Source: a virus. From it: a DNA stretch of 64,000 nt. The translations under genes were made by a program, and so were the position numbers. Of this stretch, positions 33,573 to 42,616 are shown piece after piece (position 1 is the first letter of the stretch; the number at the start of each line of letters is the position of its first letter). Location of the stretch: the IMG/VR virus record IMGVR_UViG_3300049893_003686, one strand, 5' to 3'. Below the pieces are notes generated by a model. The model was not told where the DNA came from. It did no database searches and worked only from the letters and a program-made list of their open reading frames with translations.

Positions 33573-33938
33573 ATGAAAGACATAACAAGAGAATATATTA
33601 AGTTCTTTGCAATAGAGGAACAGATAAATAATATACTAGATGATTTCTTTGCAATGCTAATGAATTCATTAAATACATATGATGCTAATTATTTTCTCAG
33701 ACTGAGAGCTGGCTTTGATATGATCCTTCTATCTGAGAAAATTGGAGCAATTTTAGAAGATACATTTTCAGATGCAGAGTTACAGGAAATAATTGTTCTA
33801 TATAAGGCAAACCCTGTTCTGCTCAAAGTATTAGATGCCAGAGATGTTATATCATCCGCTCAGGCTAAAGCCGGCCAGGAAATGGTTGAAGAGGCGCTAT
33901 GCAAGGTACCTTTTGTCGTTTCTGATGGGAGCTGTTAA
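33573..33938 (+). CDS. Hypothetical protein
   Basis: 121-aa ORF. Confidence 0.55.
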   Translation: MKDITREYIKFFAIEEQINNILDDFFAMLMNSLNTYDANYFLRLRAGFDMILLSEKIGAILEDTFSDAELQEIIVLYKANPVLLKVLDARDVISSAQAKAGQEMVEEALCKVPFVVSDGSC

Positions 33939-34588
33939 TGAAAGTCGTATGTGTGAGTGATACACATAATTATGCTAATTATGTAGAAATTCCAGAAGGA
34001 GATGTGCTGGTTCATGCTGGAGATTTTACAATGAGCGGCTCACAAAAAGAATTTGAAGCATTCGCTAGATGGCTGGCCACTTTGACACACGAACATGTTA
34101 TTATAGTAGCCGGCAATCATGACTGGTTGGCTGAAAAAGACCCAGTACAAGCCAGGCAAATTATTGAAGGGGCCAGGCATAACATACATTATTTAGTAGA
34201 TCAATCTATAATACTTAGTGGAATTAAATTCTACGGATCGCCATATCAGCCAGAGTTTCGTCAATGGGCATTTAATTTACCAAGAGGAGATAGAAGTAAA
34301 GAGAAATGGGCTGAAATACCTGATGATACGAACGTGTTAATCACACATGGTCCACCAATTATGATTGGAGATCAGGTACATAGGAGTGATACTATTGTAG
34401 TTGAAAATGTTGGATGCAAAGATCTAGCGGAGAGGATAGCTACATTATCACAATTAAAAGCTCATATATATGGGCATATTCATGACGGATATGGACATAG
34501 GGTGATTAATAATATCTCCTATATTAATGCATCTGCGTTGAATGATAAATATCAGATAGCCCATAAACCAATTTTACTTAATCTATAG
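33938..34588 (+). CDS. Calcineurin-like metallophosphoesterase (second copy type, MPPED/239FB-like)
   Basis: SDTH, AGDF, GNHD, THGPP and GHIH motifs in order. Confidence 0.8.
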   Translation: MKVVCVSDTHNYANYVEIPEGDVLVHAGDFTMSGSQKEFEAFARWLATLTHEHVIIVAGNHDWLAEKDPVQARQIIEGARHNIHYLVDQSIILSGIKFYGSPYQPEFRQWAFNLPRGDRSKEKWAEIPDDTNVLITHGPPIMIGDQVHRSDTIVVENVGCKDLAERIATLSQLKAHIYGHIHDGYGHRVINNISYINASALNDKYQIAHKPILLNL

Positions 34589-34693
34589 CATGATAATTAA
34601 AATTAATAATATGAGCGGGAATCGCACTCTAATTTCTTTATATATGTAAAGATCTTATACATATATTGATATTAGCGATAGCAAATATAACAA

Positions 34694-34879
34694 ATGGGAG
34701 TATATAAAATGATTGATCTACATATCCAAGAAGCTCTTGAAGAGGTGCGCGACACTCTTTCGAATTATATGAGCGAAGCAGAGATGTTCGATGACACTGA
34801 TGAGCGATTGGCATCAGCAGAAGAAGTAATGCAGGAAGTGCTTGACAAGATTACGGCTTTAATTGAAGGTTCACTATGA
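34694..34879 (+). CDS. Hypothetical acidic protein
   Basis: 61-aa ORF with an alternative ATG at 34709. A 9-bp-stem hairpin lies upstream at ~34641-34668. Confidence 0.5.
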   Translation: MGVYKMIDLHIQEALEEVRDTLSNYMSEAEMFDDTDERLASAEEVMQEVLDKITALIEGSL

Positions 34880-35238
34880 AGGAATCGATAGAAATTTTCC
34901 AGATTAGAACTAAGTCTGGATTATTTAGCTCAGGTGGTATCAGACCGAGCTTTAAGAAAAAAGGAAAAGCATGGTATAAACTTACTGATGTGCTAAGACA
35001 TCTTGCTGAACTTGACGGTTTACGGCGAGAGGAAATATATAAAGGATGTGTTATTACCTCAAGAGTTTATGAGCTTAGGACACAGATAGATCAGCCAATA
35101 GAAAATGTACTGTCTGAATTAACAGAAAAAGAAAATAAGAAGATGCAGAAAAGAGAAGCTGATCGAAGGGCCTATATTGAGCGCGAAGAGTTAGCAGAAC
35201 TAGAGCGGCTAAAAGCCAAATATAGTAATGTGCGGTAA
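34876..35238 (+). CDS. Hypothetical protein
   Basis: ATGA overlap with the upstream gene; 120 aa. Confidence 0.6.
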   Translation: MKESIEIFQIRTKSGLFSSGGIRPSFKKKGKAWYKLTDVLRHLAELDGLRREEIYKGCVITSRVYELRTQIDQPIENVLSELTEKENKKMQKREADRRAYIEREELAELERLKAKYSNVR

Positions 35239-35288
35239 GTCATTGACCTTATTGGAAATAAAAGCTCCCTATTATAGCAGAATATTAT

Positions 35289-35450
35289 ATGGCAAAGAAA
35301 AATAAAAAGAAAAATAAGATACGTATTCCAAGAAAGCTTGCACGCTTAGCATGGGAGCGTAATGGGGCAGGTCAACATAAGGACAAGAAACATCAAAAAA
35401 ATATAGATGAATGTCGCAAGTGGACTGCAGATCAGGAGTTAGATAATTAA
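35289..35450 (+). CDS. Possible 53-aa highly basic protein
   Basis: Begins MAKKNKKKNKIRIPRKLARLAWERNG.. and is below the ORF-track cutoff. Confidence 0.35.
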   Translation: MAKKNKKKNKIRIPRKLARLAWERNGAGQHKDKKHQKNIDECRKWTADQELDN

Positions 35451-35527
35451 TTCCACCAGTCGACAGACATGCTCATATATTTTATTATCAACAATTCTCT
35501 AACAAATCTATATAATTTGGTGATAAT

Positions 35528-35929
35528 ATGATTGAATTTACATCTGCAGAAAATGGTGACCCTCAATATGATAATCGCAAATGGGTGGATAAAATGTTCA
35601 CCGATGCTAGTCAAAACGGACCTGTCCCACTAGATGTTGTCGTACATGATTGCAGTGATAAATCAAATTTAGGAACAGTAGAGCTAAATCCCAATAGTAT
35701 TAGCGTACTGGCAGATTTTGCTATAAATACTTCAAGTAAGAATATCCTAAAGGGAGAACACATACTTGTACTTGGAGGAAATCGTCAAGCAAGAGGTGGA
35801 CTGGGTAGACTGTGGGTGCCAGCAAGCCAGCTAGGAGATTTGATCAATCATCTACAGACACTAAAAGCATCTCTTGACCAGGACCTAACTAGATTAGTTG
35901 AGCAGATGCGCTCAGAGCGGGATGACTAG
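35528..35929 (+). CDS. Hypothetical protein
   Basis: 133-aa ORF. Confidence 0.6.
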   Translation: MIEFTSAENGDPQYDNRKWVDKMFTDASQNGPVPLDVVVHDCSDKSNLGTVELNPNSISVLADFAINTSSKNILKGEHILVLGGNRQARGGLGRLWVPASQLGDLINHLQTLKASLDQDLTRLVEQMRSERDD

Positions 35930-36039
35930 AACTAGCAAATAATTTGAAAGAAAAAAGTCACGCAGTACTTTACGTAGGGATGCTACCTGATTATATTACC
36001 AATAATCAGGCGCACATGCGCACCTTACGGAGGTATACT

Positions 36040-36435
36040 ATGCTGTTCAAGTACTTAACTTTGGATCCAATGGATAATTTGCTTGGGTCATTTGGGCGTA
36101 CATATAACTCAACCCACAATAAGCTACCAGCGAATATTTCATCTCAACAAGATAAATACGAAATAAGCATCCTTATTCCAGGATTTACCAAAGACGAGAT
36201 TAAGTTAACTGTAAGTGGTAATACTATGCTAATTTTAGCTGAAAAATCAACCATTTCTGATGTGGAATATTTCCATAAAGAATTTGCAATTGAAACAGTA
36301 GAGCGTAAAATATCATTACCTTCTTCAGTTAAGAAGGATGCCATTTCAGCATCATATAATGAAGGAATTCTGACCATTACACTCCCACACTCTAACTTAA
36401 GAAATGAGTCTTCCATTGAAATTCAAGTTTGCTAA
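36040..36435 (+). CDS. Hsp20/alpha-crystallin small heat-shock protein
   Basis: The alpha-crystallin domain reads ..ISILIPGFTKDEIKLTVSGNTMLILAEK..ISLPSSV..ISASYNEGILTITLP. A GGAGG SD precedes ATG 36040. Confidence 0.85.
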   Translation: MLFKYLTLDPMDNLLGSFGRTYNSTHNKLPANISSQQDKYEISILIPGFTKDEIKLTVSGNTMLILAEKSTISDVEYFHKEFAIETVERKISLPSSVKKDAISASYNEGILTITLPHSNLRNESSIEIQVC

Positions 36436-37300
36436 CAATCACCATAATGGTATAGATTACTGTATCATCTATCATGCTAACTGTGCCGACGGCTTTGCGG
36501 CTGCTTGGGCCATATGGAAAGTGCTAGGGGACCAGCTGGCCAGCTATCATCCGGCAGCATACGGCTCAGAGCCACCTGAAGAAATAAAGGATAGGCACGT
36601 AGTTATAGTAGATTTTTCATACTCTCGTAAGGTTCTTGAAGAAATCAAGAGCAAGGCAAAAAGCCTGTTAGTTCTCGATCATCATAAAAGTGCTGAAGAG
36701 AGTTTGCGTGATTTCGAGGGAGCTCATTTTGATATGAATCGCAGCGGGGCCGGTATGGCATGGGATTATTTCCATGAAAAGCCCCGTCCGCCACTCATTA
36801 ATTATGTAGAGGATCGAGACTTATGGAACTGGAAGCTGCCATATGCTAAAGAACTAACCGCTATGTTTGAAATTGATAATCAATCATTTCAAGATCTCTC
36901 TGAATTTAATAGCAAGTTAGAGTCACCTGAAGAATTTCAAGTCTTGGTAACTAAGGGGTCTGCTGTCCTAGAATATAAGAATTCTAGAGTTAAAATGCTG
37001 TCCTCCAAACCTTATATGGTAGACATATCCAGTATATGTATGTTAGATGACCTGACATTGCAGATTCCATGTGTCAATTCTCAACTTTTTCAAAGTGAAA
37101 TTGGTAATGTTTTGGCTCAAAAGCATCCAATGGCAATAGTTTGGTATCGCGCAGAAGACGGATCATATAGACACTCATTGCGTTCGAATGGCAAAATTGA
37201 TTGTAGCAAGATTGCTCAATTTTGGGGAGGCGGGGGTCATGCAAATGCAGCAGGATTTACAACGCAAGAACCCTTAGTTAGAATGGATGATAAAAGCTAA
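36404..37300 (+). CDS. DHH/DHHA1-family phosphoesterase
   Basis: YHANCADGFAAAW, the DHH motif in VLDHHKS, and the C-terminal GGGGHANAAG (DHHA1 GGGH). Confidence 0.8.
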   Translation: MSLPLKFKFANNHHNGIDYCIIYHANCADGFAAAWAIWKVLGDQLASYHPAAYGSEPPEEIKDRHVVIVDFSYSRKVLEEIKSKAKSLLVLDHHKSAEESLRDFEGAHFDMNRSGAGMAWDYFHEKPRPPLINYVEDRDLWNWKLPYAKELTAMFEIDNQSFQDLSEFNSKLESPEEFQVLVTKGSAVLEYKNSRVKMLSSKPYMVDISSICMLDDLTLQIPCVNSQLFQSEIGNVLAQKHPMAIVWYRAEDGSYRHSLRSNGKIDCSKIAQFWGGGGHANAAGFTTQEPLVRMDDKS

Positions 37301-37320
37301 GCTTGCATATAATTTATGGG

Positions 37321-37484
37321 TGATGGACCCACAAGCCATCAGTTGGTCGCTAAAAGACTCGGCAAGGGCTGCCGCTATAATAGCCTATATTTATTAGTTT
37401 AATAGCTTATTAAACCACCCACAAGCAGATATATACATATGCCTTAATTTTAAGGTAGTATTATGTACTGCTTGTGGGTGGGTT
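37321..37484 (+). ncRNA. Candidate structured RNA upstream of the Ro60/TROVE gene (possible Y-RNA-like or regulatory element)
   Basis: First hairpin: TGATGG-ACCCACAAG-CCATCA (37321-37341). Second, long hairpin at 37413-37484: AACCACCCACAAGCAG..CTGCTTGTGGGTGGGTT, with 14 perfect bp, a bulged G and an inner CCTTAA-tt-TTAAGG. CCCACAAGC occurs twice and its complement once. Confidence 0.35.
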
Positions 37485-37506
37485 ATTAATAACTATATAC
37501 TGATAT

Positions 37507-37782
37507 ATGGCAATTACTCCATTAGAGTTGCAAACTCTTAGTACAGAGCAGATATCGAGCATCTCTCGGGCACGCTCTATAATAGACGCAGAGTTACGAT
37601 TAAAAGTCGACGAAGCATTTCCTATAAAGATTAGGCAGGGTATAATTGACTTTATTTTTAAAGAAAATGCAATGGTGCTCGATGCTCTGATATCAGAGTA
37701 CCGCGCAGCAGGATGGGAAGTGGTTACTTATTTGAGCGACAGTCAAGGTACATGGCTCAGCTTCTATCCTAGTTCTACGTGA
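37507..37782 (+). CDS. Hypothetical protein
   Basis: 91-aa ORF. Confidence 0.55.
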   Translation: MAITPLELQTLSTEQISSISRARSIIDAELRLKVDEAFPIKIRQGIIDFIFKENAMVLDALISEYRAAGWEVVTYLSDSQGTWLSFYPSST

Positions 37783-37852
37783 GCGGTAGAATTTATAATT
37801 CACATCATATATACTCTATATTTCTACTTGTCAGGCAAGCAGTAGGTGATTT

Positions 37853-39460
37853 ATGTCAATATTAAATACCGATGCAACTCAAACTCAGATATATGATAAT
37901 CGACAGATAAGAAATTCTGCTGGCGGCTATTCATTTGCAGTGGAAAATATGGATTATGTGCGGCGATTTCTAATTTTAGGAAGCGAGGGCGCGCAATATA
38001 GCCTACAGAATAGGCCAACTCTGTCGTTAGAGAACTGCCCGCATATATTGTTTATGCTAGATGCCGATGGCCAAAAAGTAGTAGAAGAGCTGGTCAAGGT
38101 ATCATTACAAGGCAGGGCGCCGAAGCAAGAGCCGACACTATTCGTATTAGCACTGGCAGCTAGACATAAGGATCTCGCTGTGCGTAAAGCCGCATTTGAT
38201 GCCGTGCAGAAGGTATGTCGCACAGCAACTATGCTATTTACCTTCTTAGATTTCTATAAAAAGTCCGGGGTGACATCTGGCTGGGGTCGCCTTATGCGAG
38301 ATGCGATATCGTCATGGTATAATAATAAGGATTTGCAATCTTTAATATATCAAGTTACGAAATATGGTAGTAGAAATGGGTGGTCGCATCAAGATGTGCT
38401 ACGTTTAGCACACACAAGGCCAGTAGATCAAGATCATTCTCTGTTATATAAGAAGATTACTTCTAAAAATAAGTTTAATATCGACATCAATATCGCTTCT
38501 GATAAGAATGCTTTTAATAAACTGCTAGCCATTGAAGCGGTGAAATTAGCAACAGAGGCAAAAAGTATCATCCCGTTAATTACAGAATTTAATTTAGTAC
38601 ATGAGCAGGTACCATCATCGCTAAAGCTTTGTCCCGATGTATGGGATGCATTGCTAGATAATATGCCATTAACTGCATTAATTCGTAATCTAGGAGCGAT
38701 GACATCCTCCGGGTTGCTTGTTAATGGAAATAGTGCTTCAAGAAGAGTGAGAGAAAAGCTATCTAATTTAGATACAATTAAGAGTGCAAGAATACATCCA
38801 TTTAATGTACTCACAGCATACAATACCTATGCAAAAGGAGTTGGTCAATTAGGTCACAAAAAATGGAACCCTAGTGAAGATATTATTGAAGCGCTAGATA
38901 GCCTATTCTATACCTCATTTACATTTATAGATCCATCGCATAAGCGCACACATCTCGCTATTGATGTATCGCGTTCGATGGATATGGGTACAATTCTTGG
39001 CTCGCCGGGGATGTCTCCTCGATTCGGCGCAGCCGCAATGTCAATGGCAACGCTGCGTTCTGAGGATAATGTTTCGATGAGCGCATTTTCGCATACATTA
39101 GTACCGCTACAATTTTCACCCAAAGATGATTTGCAGACAGTTATCAAGAAGATGAGGTCTATTAAAATGGGCGCCACAGATTGCGCCCTACCAATAACCA
39201 CTGCCATGCAGTCGAAGACCCCTATTGATACATTTGTTATATATACCGATAATGAAACTTGGTTCGGAAACGTTCACCCAATGGCAGCATTGCGCCAATA
39301 TCGAGATAGAATGGGAATTCCTGCCAGACTCATTGTCGTTGCAATGAAAGAAACAAACTTTACCATTGCAGATCCCGAAGATGCGGGTGCATTGGATGTA
39401 GTTGGATTTGATTCTGCCACTCCAGCTGTCATAGCAGAATTTTCACGCGGGGAGTTATAA
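37853..39460 (+). CDS. Ro60-related TROVE-domain protein with a C-terminal vWA domain
   Basis: The N-terminal NSAGGYSFAVENMDYVRRFLILGSEGAQY is characteristic of Ro/Rsr. The MIDAS DxSxS motif appears as IDVSRSM. 535 aa. Confidence 0.9.
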   Translation: MSILNTDATQTQIYDNRQIRNSAGGYSFAVENMDYVRRFLILGSEGAQYSLQNRPTLSLENCPHILFMLDADGQKVVEELVKVSLQGRAPKQEPTLFVLALAARHKDLAVRKAAFDAVQKVCRTATMLFTFLDFYKKSGVTSGWGRLMRDAISSWYNNKDLQSLIYQVTKYGSRNGWSHQDVLRLAHTRPVDQDHSLLYKKITSKNKFNIDINIASDKNAFNKLLAIEAVKLATEAKSIIPLITEFNLVHEQVPSSLKLCPDVWDALLDNMPLTALIRNLGAMTSSGLLVNGNSASRRVREKLSNLDTIKSARIHPFNVLTAYNTYAKGVGQLGHKKWNPSEDIIEALDSLFYTSFTFIDPSHKRTHLAIDVSRSMDMGTILGSPGMSPRFGAAAMSMATLRSEDNVSMSAFSHTLVPLQFSPKDDLQTVIKKMRSIKMGATDCALPITTAMQSKTPIDTFVIYTDNETWFGNVHPMAALRQYRDRMGIPARLIVVAMKETNFTIADPEDAGALDVVGFDSATPAVIAEFSRGEL

Positions 39461-39463
39461 ACC

Positions 39464-39910
39464 CTATTCTATATCAAATAGCAGGTCGTCAATCTTATCG
39501 GCCAAAAGAAAATTTCCAGCCAGGTCAAGATCATTAGCTAGTTTAGCTAGGGTGGCCAGCTTTATTGGGCTTAGAGTACCCTTTTGTACCGCCATCCCTA
39601 CGGCTATAATTGCAGCCCTTTGCACAGTTGGCATGGTAACTGTAGAGGTAAAAGCTGAAGCCTTTTGTTGGGCCATACCTACTTCTTGCGCTGTTAGCAT
39701 GCCAGTTGATTGAAGTTGGCGTAATACTTCACGGCACTCATCTTCGGTAAATGATCGCTTGATAGCAGATACTAATTCGCTTGCTTCAGTAAAAACACGA
39801 GCGCCTATTTTAATAGGCGCAGTACGGCCCTTCATAGATTGGCCACCAGTTAGAAATGACATTTCACGTTCAGAAATACCCAGATCAGCATCACTCATAC
39901 TATCCTCCAA
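39464..39910 (-). CDS. Hypothetical protein ending with the shared LAKLANDLD..ADKIDDL motif
   Basis: 148-aa minus-strand ORF with GGAGGA upstream of the ATG on the minus strand. Confidence 0.65.
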   Translation of the reverse strand: MEDSMSDADLGISEREMSFLTGGQSMKGRTAPIKIGARVFTEASELVSAIKRSFTEDECREVLRQLQSTGMLTAQEVGMAQQKASAFTSTVTMPTVQRAAIIAVGMAVQKGTLSPIKLATLAKLANDLDLAGNFLLADKIDDLLFDIE

Positions 39911-39977
39911 GATTGTAATAGTATGTAACTATGCGTATATTTATGGCCAATAACTAAATAGCAAAAGGACGCAGATA

Positions 39978-40217
39978 TTGATCACCATAGTATCAAACTT
40001 CTTTGAAGATATAAATAAAGCTACCCATAGTAATATAGCCCTGGCATCATTGCTAATGAAGATGCCTGAATATATTCTTCATATAGGGGCACTGTCAGAA
40101 CAAGAATATTTAGATACTATTGAAAAGGCCAAGGATATTACTTCAGATACCCAGCTTCAGGCTTTGTTAATAGAGGTTCTAACTAAAATGAGATCTACAG
40201 GCAAATCTTATTCTTAA
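39978..40217 (+). CDS. Hypothetical protein
   Basis: 79-aa ORF with a TTG start. Confidence 0.45.
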   Translation: MITIVSNFFEDINKATHSNIALASLLMKMPEYILHIGALSEQEYLDTIEKAKDITSDTQLQALLIEVLTKMRSTGKSYS

Positions 40218-40285
40218 TTTTATTGAGAGATAATTTACTATTGAAATTACTGCTATAAAATATTGCGATAATAGCGATAAATATT

Positions 40286-40762
40286 ATGAATACAATGTTA
40301 GTATTATTGCAGTTAATAACATTAACATATCAGGCCGAGGCAGTGCAGCATAAGTATACTGCTGGGTATATCCGTGGCACACCAGTCAAACTAAGAGTTG
40401 TAGAGGTGGGCGGTTATGATAATGATGGAAGGCCGCTAATGCTTGAGCAGAGAGCAGCTGATAGTTTTATCAAAATGAGAGCAGCCATGGTAGCTGATGG
40501 GTTAAATTTGCAAGTAAATTATGCTCACAGATCAATGAAGCAGCAAACATCGCTTTTTCGTAAAAATCATAAATTGGCCAGCCGACCAGGAACAAGCCCT
40601 CATCAAAAAGGTATCGCTATAGATGTAGCTAATTGTACTAAATATATAAGTAATCGTAGGGTTGATACTAGAACATGTCGATGGTTAAGACGACATGCAA
40701 AACAATATGGATTTTCTAGAACAATAAAAAGTGAGCCATGGCACTGGCAGTATATATACTAA
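40286..40762 (+). CDS. Peptidase M15 (VanY / D-Ala-D-Ala carboxypeptidase-like) with an N-terminal signal; endolysin candidate
   Basis: SPHQKGIAIDV matches SxHxxGxAxD. EPWHWQY is also present. The N-terminus is hydrophobic (MNTMLVLLQLITLTYQAEA). Confidence 0.8.
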   Translation: MNTMLVLLQLITLTYQAEAVQHKYTAGYIRGTPVKLRVVEVGGYDNDGRPLMLEQRAADSFIKMRAAMVADGLNLQVNYAHRSMKQQTSLFRKNHKLASRPGTSPHQKGIAIDVANCTKYISNRRVDTRTCRWLRRHAKQYGFSRTIKSEPWHWQYIY

Positions 40763-40764
40763 AT

Positions 40765-40938
40765 ATGCAAACCATACACTTATTCATCTTTATTATGATA
40801 GTTGGCGTGACGCCACACTTGTATATATTATCAGTAATTTTAAAGAGACAAATCAGGAGTATTTATGACCGATCCAAACAATACTACAGACGCAAATACA
40901 GCAGCAATCTGCATGGCAATACAGCACCTCTTGATTAA
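40765..40938 (+). CDS. Possible holin-like small membrane protein
   Basis: ATG lies 3 nt after the peptidase stop. A TM core (IHLFIFIMIVGVTPHLYILSVIL) is followed by a basic tail. It overlaps the next, SD-led gene by 74 nt, which weakens the call. Confidence 0.3.
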   Translation: MQTIHLFIFIMIVGVTPHLYILSVILKRQIRSIYDRSKQYYRRKYSSNLHGNTAPLD

Positions 40939-41161
40939 AAAGGGAGTATGTTCATATAATGAGCTGGTCGAAGCCAATGGTAAGGCGCAGAAAGTTTTAG
41001 AGAAAATTTACGCATCTGTTTCAGATGAAAGTGGCAACATTAATGCCTTACATGAATCTGTTAAAGATATGTTAATGTTTATTGGAGGAGAAGAGGCAAT
41101 GCCCTCATTAGAAGCTGCATTTGCACGTGCAGCTGATTTGACCCCAGAGGAGAATGAATAA
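40865..41161 (+). CDS. Hypothetical protein
   Basis: Strong AGGAG SD; 98 aa. Confidence 0.6.
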   Translation: MTDPNNTTDANTAAICMAIQHLLIKKGVCSYNELVEANGKAQKVLEKIYASVSDESGNINALHESVKDMLMFIGGEEAMPSLEAAFARAADLTPEENE

Positions 41162-41677
41162 GTGGCTCTAATAGGATTCAATCCACGTCATAACTATGAT
41201 GTACGACTTACTATAGAAGATGGCCCGCAACTTGGAGTTTATAAGTTACAGGATGCAATAAGAATTGCCACAGAGCGTGGATTGGATCTGGTAAATATAT
41301 CGCCGCAAGCTAAGCCGCCAGTAGCAAAGATAATGGATCATGGTCGGTTCAAGTATCGCCAAAAGCAGGCTGCTAAAGAGGCTAAGAAGAAGCAGCATGT
41401 GGTTGTGCTCAAAGAAATCAAATTAGGCGTAAACATAGAGAGGCACGATCTTGATGTTAAGCTATCTAAGATTAAAGAATGTATTGTTGATGGATGCAAG
41501 GTAAAGATTGTCATTCGATTCTATGGTAGAGAAAACGCTCATAAGGAACTCGGTTCTACATTGATGGATGCAATTCTTACGGAAATCAAAGATTTTGTCA
41601 TAATAGAAACCCCACCTACCTCAGAACGCAGGGAGATTTTCGCTATAGTGAGACCTAAAAATGATAAAAAAGCTTAA
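41162..41677 (+). CDS. infC: Translation initiation factor IF-3
   Basis: The N-domain reads VRLTIEDGPQLGVYKLQDAIRIATERGLDLV, the linker reads KYRQKQAAKEAKKKQ, and the C-domain reads LKEIKLGVNIERHDLDVK..FYGRENAH. The predicted GTG start abuts the upstream stop. Confidence 0.9.
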   Translation: MALIGFNPRHNYDVRLTIEDGPQLGVYKLQDAIRIATERGLDLVNISPQAKPPVAKIMDHGRFKYRQKQAAKEAKKKQHVVVLKEIKLGVNIERHDLDVKLSKIKECIVDGCKVKIVIRFYGRENAHKELGSTLMDAILTEIKDFVIIETPPTSERREIFAIVRPKNDKKA

Positions 41678-41822
41678 AACAATAGCATATACTCTTGCTG
41701 GAACTACAGTTACGCTAGCATCACTAATTTATATTGAGAGGGCGCTCAGCAATATTATTTTAAAGCATGCAAGTAAGCATGCTCGTAAGATTAATAGTGT
41801 AGATGAGAAAAATGACAGATAA
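41661..41822 (+). CDS. Possible 53-aa membrane peptide overlapping the infC end
   Basis: Begins MIKKLKTIAYTLAGTTVTLASLIYIERAL.. and is below the track cutoff. It overlaps both neighbours by 17-20 nt. Confidence 0.3.
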   Translation: MIKKLKTIAYTLAGTTVTLASLIYIERALSNIILKHASKHARKINSVDEKNDR

Positions 41823-42201
41823 TATACTATATGTTGATTTTAAGAATAAAAAACGAATAGAACACTCCATTGCAGAGGCCCCATCTGCAGTGCCTACATT
41901 GTTTAATGAAAAAAGGCGGAGATTCCTAGAGCTACTAGAACTTGGCATTGTCCGGACGGTATCTTCTGGTAATGATCCAAATCTATTGCTTCCACAGCAC
42001 ATATACGCTCAAGAAGTTCATTTAAATTGGAGCTCTAAATTTCTGATATCAGATTTAGTGATCAATGATAATGGTATAAGTGGAACATTATCATTTAATC
42101 AAACGCCATCGCATGTTACGGTACCGTGGAGTTCTATTATTTCCATGTGGAGCCTCAGTCATCCAAAAGATTATAGATTCGACTGGGATATAAATGAGTG
42201 A
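41803..42201 (+). CDS. SspB-like (ClpXP adaptor family) protein
   Basis: ..HLNWSSKFLISDLVINDNGISGTLSFNQTPSHVTVPWSSIISMWS aligns by eye with E. coli SspB ..LNIAPRAVGNLELANDEVRFNARFGGIPRQVSVPLAAVLAIYA. Confidence 0.5.
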   Translation: MRKMTDNILYVDFKNKKRIEHSIAEAPSAVPTLFNEKRRRFLELLELGIVRTVSSGNDPNLLLPQHIYAQEVHLNWSSKFLISDLVINDNGISGTLSFNQTPSHVTVPWSSIISMWSLSHPKDYRFDWDINE

Positions 42202-42248
42202 AAATAAATTAATTAACGCCATCTTCTGTCAGTAGCATAATTAGGTGC

Positions 42249-42332
42249 GGGCCAGTAGACGCGCTCCGCTCATAACGGAGTAAGGGTAATTTGGTTCTGA
42301 AAATGTGGGTTCAAGTCCCACCTGGCCCACCA
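42249..42332 (+). tRNA. Atypical tRNA-like element, copy 2 (identical to 25709..25792)
   Basis: The 84 nt are identical by eye, including the CCA. Identity continues for 3 nt (TTT) downstream, while the upstream flanks differ. Confidence 0.5.
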
Positions 42333-42346
42333 TTTTAACATCTTAG

Positions 42347-42616
42347 ATGAAATCTATACTAAATACTATAATGTTAAATAATGATAAATCATTTTTAACT
42401 AAAGCAATAATTGCTATTAAAGCAGCTCACTTGGGACCATTTATTTCGAGTGATGATATGAGTATGCTTCATGCTTATTATGCATCGGCAGAGCAAGAGT
42501 TGTATGCGCATTTTTGTGCGCAAGTAAACATACTCTATAAAACCAATGAAGTTAATAAACAAGATATTAATGTCTCTAATAGAGAAAGAGCCGTCTTTAG
42601 AAAAGATCATTCATGA
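42347..42616 (+). CDS. Hypothetical protein
   Basis: 89-aa ORF. Confidence 0.5.
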   Translation: MKSILNTIMLNNDKSFLTKAIIAIKAAHLGPFISSDDMSMLHAYYASAEQELYAHFCAQVNILYKTNEVNKQDINVSNRERAVFRKDHS

